From UHGV virus genome UHGV-0168127: DNA of 18,811 bases; one strand, written 5' to 3'. Origin of the DNA: a virus. A program made the position numbers and the translations under genes. This document shows, in pieces, positions 16,455 to 18,811 of this stretch (the first letter of the stretch is position 1; the number at the start of each line of letters is the position of its first letter). The notes beneath the pieces are model-generated. The model was not told the DNA's origin. It did not search any database and saw only the letters and a list, made by a program, of their open reading frames with translations.

Positions 16455-16642
16455 GTATGAGTGCATCACTTATAACCGCCTTCAATCAAAGTGCAAATCC
16501 AAGCAATGAGCAGGTTGTTGTGTTCGGCTGGATTGCTGAGTATTTCGAAAGCATTTTCGACGATGAATCCGCTAGGTATTGCAGGAATATTTCTGAATCA
16601 CTCAAAAATCAGGTTTCTGCTCAACAGGAGGTGAAGTCGTGA
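16451..16642 (+). CDS. Hypothetical small protein (63 aa)
   Basis: Start embedded in the conserved junction CAGGAGGTGAAGTGA; may begin at the ATG at 16457 instead. Confidence 0.35.
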   Translation: MSMSASLITAFNQSANPSNEQVVVFGWIAEYFESIFDDESARYCRNISESLKNQVSAQQEVKS

Positions 16643-16851
16643 GCAAGCACATCATCAAATATGACTATCGAGAGGGAGTTAAACTCCCTAAGCACGAGAT
16701 TGAGACATGGTGCGGTCATCGGCCAGGGTCATTCGAATGGCTTTTTCAGGATGCTCAGCATGCGCTATTGAGCATTGAGCAGGGAACGCTGCTTGTTCCT
16801 TGCAAGAATTGTCTGGCAGCAATCATCAAAACGGCGCAGGTGGTGAAGTGA
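16639..16851 (+). CDS. Hypothetical small protein (70 aa) with CxxC and CxxC-like cysteines
   Basis: GTG start overlapping the upstream stop in the second copy of the junction motif. Confidence 0.35.
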   Translation: MSKHIIKYDYREGVKLPKHEIETWCGHRPGSFEWLFQDAQHALLSIEQGTLLVPCKNCLAAIIKTAQVVK

Positions 16852-17129
16852 TGGACTCCTTCGCGAAATATACGATCATTGACTGGATAGCATTCCTTCA
16901 GGTTTTGCTCATCTGGTTTTATATGGCTTACAGGAGTGGGCAGTGGATTGTCAGTGTAGCCTGTAGCAGGGGATGGCGTTGGTGGAACCGAAAGAATAAA
17001 AAAGCACTGGCATTGGATTCGTTTTACGAAGCATTCAATCTTAACAGCCTTCAGCCTGGTTCTGTCATTGTAGTCACCACTCAAAGCGGCATGACCATTC
17101 AGATTCATAAACCAAAAGAGGAAAAATGA
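16851..17129 (+). CDS. Small membrane protein (92 aa, one predicted transmembrane helix)
   Basis: Track ORF 16800..17129 trimmed to the ATG at 16851 (ATGA coupling in the third junction copy); hydrophobic segment IIDWIAFLQVLLIWFYMAY. Confidence 0.4.
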   Translation: MDSFAKYTIIDWIAFLQVLLIWFYMAYRSGQWIVSVACSRGWRWWNRKNKKALALDSFYEAFNLNSLQPGSVIVVTTQSGMTIQIHKPKEEK

Positions 17130-17215
17130 TGTGGCCTATATGTGTTAATTGCGGACGGATGTGCCTATCTGGATGGTGCCGAAAGTGCGACAAATGCACG
17201 AAGCAAAGACAATAA
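17126..17215 (+). CDS. Cysteine-rich 29-aa peptide (zinc-ribbon-like)
   Basis: Manual ORF MMWPICVNCGRMCLSGWCRKCDKCTKQRQ with six cysteines in CxxC-like spacing; ATGA overlap with the upstream stop. Confidence 0.3.
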   Translation: MMWPICVNCGRMCLSGWCRKCDKCTKQRQ

Positions 17216-17287
17216 CAATCCTCGCACTCGCGGGGATTTCTTTTATCTGAACTCGCTACGGCGGGTTTTGTTTTATGGAGATGATAA

Positions 17288-17455
17288 ATGCACTTTCGAG
17301 TCACAGGTGAATGGAATGGAGAACCATTCAACAGGGTTATCGAAGCAGAGGACTTCAACGACTGCTATGACCACTGGATGATATGGGCGCAGATAGCACA
17401 TGCAGACGTAACCAATATTCGAATTGAAGAACTGAAAGAACACAAAACCGCCTGA
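17288..17455 (+). CDS. Small conserved 55-aa lambdoid protein (right copy), function unknown
   Basis: Manual ORF MHFRVTGEWNGEPFNRVIEAEDFNDCYDHWMIWAQIAHADVTNIRIEELKEHKTA; GGAG RBS; lies inside the 255-bp inverted repeat. Confidence 0.6.
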   Translation: MHFRVTGEWNGEPFNRVIEAEDFNDCYDHWMIWAQIAHADVTNIRIEELKEHKTA

Positions 17456-17468
17456 TGGCGGTTTTTTC
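17444..17468 (+). terminator. Rho-independent terminator between the 55-aa gene and xis
   Basis: AAAACCGCC-TGAT-GGCGGTTTT perfect 9-bp stem followed by TTTTTTC. Confidence 0.6.
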
Positions 17469-17494
17469 TTGCGTGTAATTGCGGAGACTTTGCG

Positions 17495-17713
17495 ATGTAC
17501 TTAACACTTCAGGAGTGGAACGCACGCCAGCGGCGCCCAAGAAGCCTTGAAACAGTTCGTCGATGGGTACGCGAGTGCAGGATATTCCCTCCTCCGGTTA
17601 AGGATGGAAGAGAGTATCTGTTCCACGAATCAGCGGTAAAGGTTGACTTAAATCGACCAGTAACAGGTAGCCTTTTGAAGAGGATCAGAAATGGGAAGAA
17701 GGCGAAGTCATGA
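17495..17713 (+). CDS. xis: Lambda-type excisionase Xis (72 aa)
   Basis: Translation MYLTLQEWNARQRRPRSLETVRRWVRECRIFPPPVKDG... matches phage lambda Xis as I recall it; overlaps the int start as in lambda. Confidence 0.9.
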   Translation: MYLTLQEWNARQRRPRSLETVRRWVRECRIFPPPVKDGREYLFHESAVKVDLNRPVTGSLLKRIRNGKKAKS

Positions 17714-18761
17714 GCGCCGGGATTTACCCCCTAACCTTTATATAAGAAACAATGGATATTACTGCTACAGGGACCCAAGGACGGGTAAAGAGTTCGGATT
17801 AGGCAGAGACAGGAGGATAGCAATTACTGAAGCAATACAGGCAAACATTGAGTTATTTTCAGGACACAAACACAAGCCTCTGACAGCAAGAATCAACAGT
17901 GATAATTCTGTTACGTTACATTCATGGCTTGATCGCTACGAAAAAATCCTGGCCAGCAGAGGAATCAAGCAGAAGACACTCATAAATTACATGAGCAAAA
18001 TTAAAGCAATAAGGAGGGGTCTGCCTGATGCTCCACTTGAAGACATCACCACAAAAGAAATTGCGGCAATGCTCAATGGATACATAGACGAGGGCAAGGC
18101 GGCGTCAGCCAAGTTAATCAGATCAACACTGAGCGATGCATTCCGAGAGGCAATAGCTGAAGGCCATATAACAACAAACCCGGTCGCTGCCACTCGCGCA
18201 GCAAAATCAGAGGTAAGGAGATCAAGACTTACAGCTGACGAATACCTGAAAATTTATCAAGCAGCAGAATCATCACCATGTTGGCTCAGACTTGCAATGG
18301 AACTGGCTGTTGTTACCGGGCAACGAGTCGGTGATTTATGCGAAATGAAGTGGTCTGATATCGTAGATGGATATCTTTATGTCGAGCAAAGCAAAACAGG
18401 CGTAAAAATTGCCATCCCAACAGCATTGCATGTTGATGCTCTCGGGATATCAATGAAGGAAACACTTGATAAATGCAAAGAGATTCTTGGTGGAGAAACC
18501 ATAATTGCATCTACTCGTCGTGAACCGCTTTCATCCGGCACAGTATCAAGGTATTTTATGCGCGCACGAAAAGCATCAGGTCTTTCCTTCGAAGGGGATC
18601 CGCCTACCTTTCACGAGTTGCGCAGTTTGTCTGCAAGACTCTATGAGAAGCAGATAAGCGATAAGTTTGCTCAACATCTTCTCGGGCATAAGTCGGACAC
18701 CATGGCATCACAGTATCGTGATGACAGAGGCAGGGAGTGGGACAAAATTGAAATCAAATAA
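17691..18761 (+). CDS. int: Lambda-type tyrosine integrase Int (356 aa)
   Basis: Translation MGRRRSHERRDLPPNLYIRNNGYYCYRDPRTGKEFGLGRDRRIAITEAIQ... essentially matches lambda Int from memory, including the C-terminal catalytic region (HELRSLSARLY...LLGHKSDTMASQY). Confidence 0.95.
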   Translation: MGRRRSHERRDLPPNLYIRNNGYYCYRDPRTGKEFGLGRDRRIAITEAIQANIELFSGHKHKPLTARINSDNSVTLHSWLDRYEKILASRGIKQKTLINYMSKIKAIRRGLPDAPLEDITTKEIAAMLNGYIDEGKAASAKLIRSTLSDAFREAIAEGHITTNPVAATRAAKSEVRRSRLTADEYLKIYQAAESSPCWLRLAMELAVVTGQRVGDLCEMKWSDIVDGYLYVEQSKTGVKIAIPTALHVDALGISMKETLDKCKEILGGETIIASTRREPLSSGTVSRYFMRARKASGLSFEGDPPTFHELRSLSARLYEKQISDKFAQHLLGHKSDTMASQYRDDRGREWDKIEIK

Positions 18762-18811
18762 TGATTTTATTTTGACTGATAGTGACCTGTTCGTTGCAAC
18801 AAATTGATAAG
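18762..18811. other. attP P' arm with arm-type Int-binding sites; the core lies just beyond the window end
   Basis: TGATTTTATTTTGACTGATAGTGACCTGTTCGTTGCAACAAATTGATAAG matches the lambda attP P' arm; complement strand carries tandem arm-type sites CAGTCAAAAT (18769..18778) and AGGTCACTAT (18779..18788). Confidence 0.75.

Larger units (their letters stand above)
17219..17473. repeat. Right copy of the roughly 255-bp inverted repeat
   Basis: See left copy; similarity ends where the two different excisionase genes begin. Confidence 0.8.

Noticed and set aside
16755-17540. Three - strand ORFs (117, 94 and 61 aa)
   Set aside because: They run antisense across the membrane-protein gene, the 55-aa gene, the intrinsic terminator and the xis start; inconsistent with the conserved + strand organisation.
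18762-18811. Possible tRNA or bacterial attB core at the right edge
   Set aside because: Only the P' arm of a lambda-type att site is visible; the 15-bp core and any host flank lie beyond the window end, so no att core or tRNA can be called.

Overview
This window reads as the early region of a lambdoid temperate phage or prophage, with no late genes (no Q, lysis or structural genes) and no rRNA, tRNA or CRISPR seen. The centre is an immunity switch: a LexA/S24-type cI repressor (9442..10146, -) between two palindromic operator clusters (OL about 9241..9282, OR about 10155..10226), with a divergent Cro-like gene. Leftward (- strand) runs a pL-type operon of tightly packed small genes, including cIII, two Kil-like paralogs, a Gp157-RecT recombination pair, Ea22/Ead/DUF551/Ea8.5-like accessory genes and a TorI/AlpA-type excisionase at the left edge. 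Rightward (+ strand) runs cro, a cII-position regulator, an O-like initiator with iterons inside its own gene, and a DnaB-family helicase. Unusually, that rightward operon then continues into a second, mirror-image accessory cassette ending in lambda-type xis-int and the P' arm of attP at the right edge. The two cassettes share a roughly 255-bp inverted repeat at about 94% identity (291..545 versus 17219..17473). All family assignments are from reading the translations and from recalled family signatures; no database search was run.
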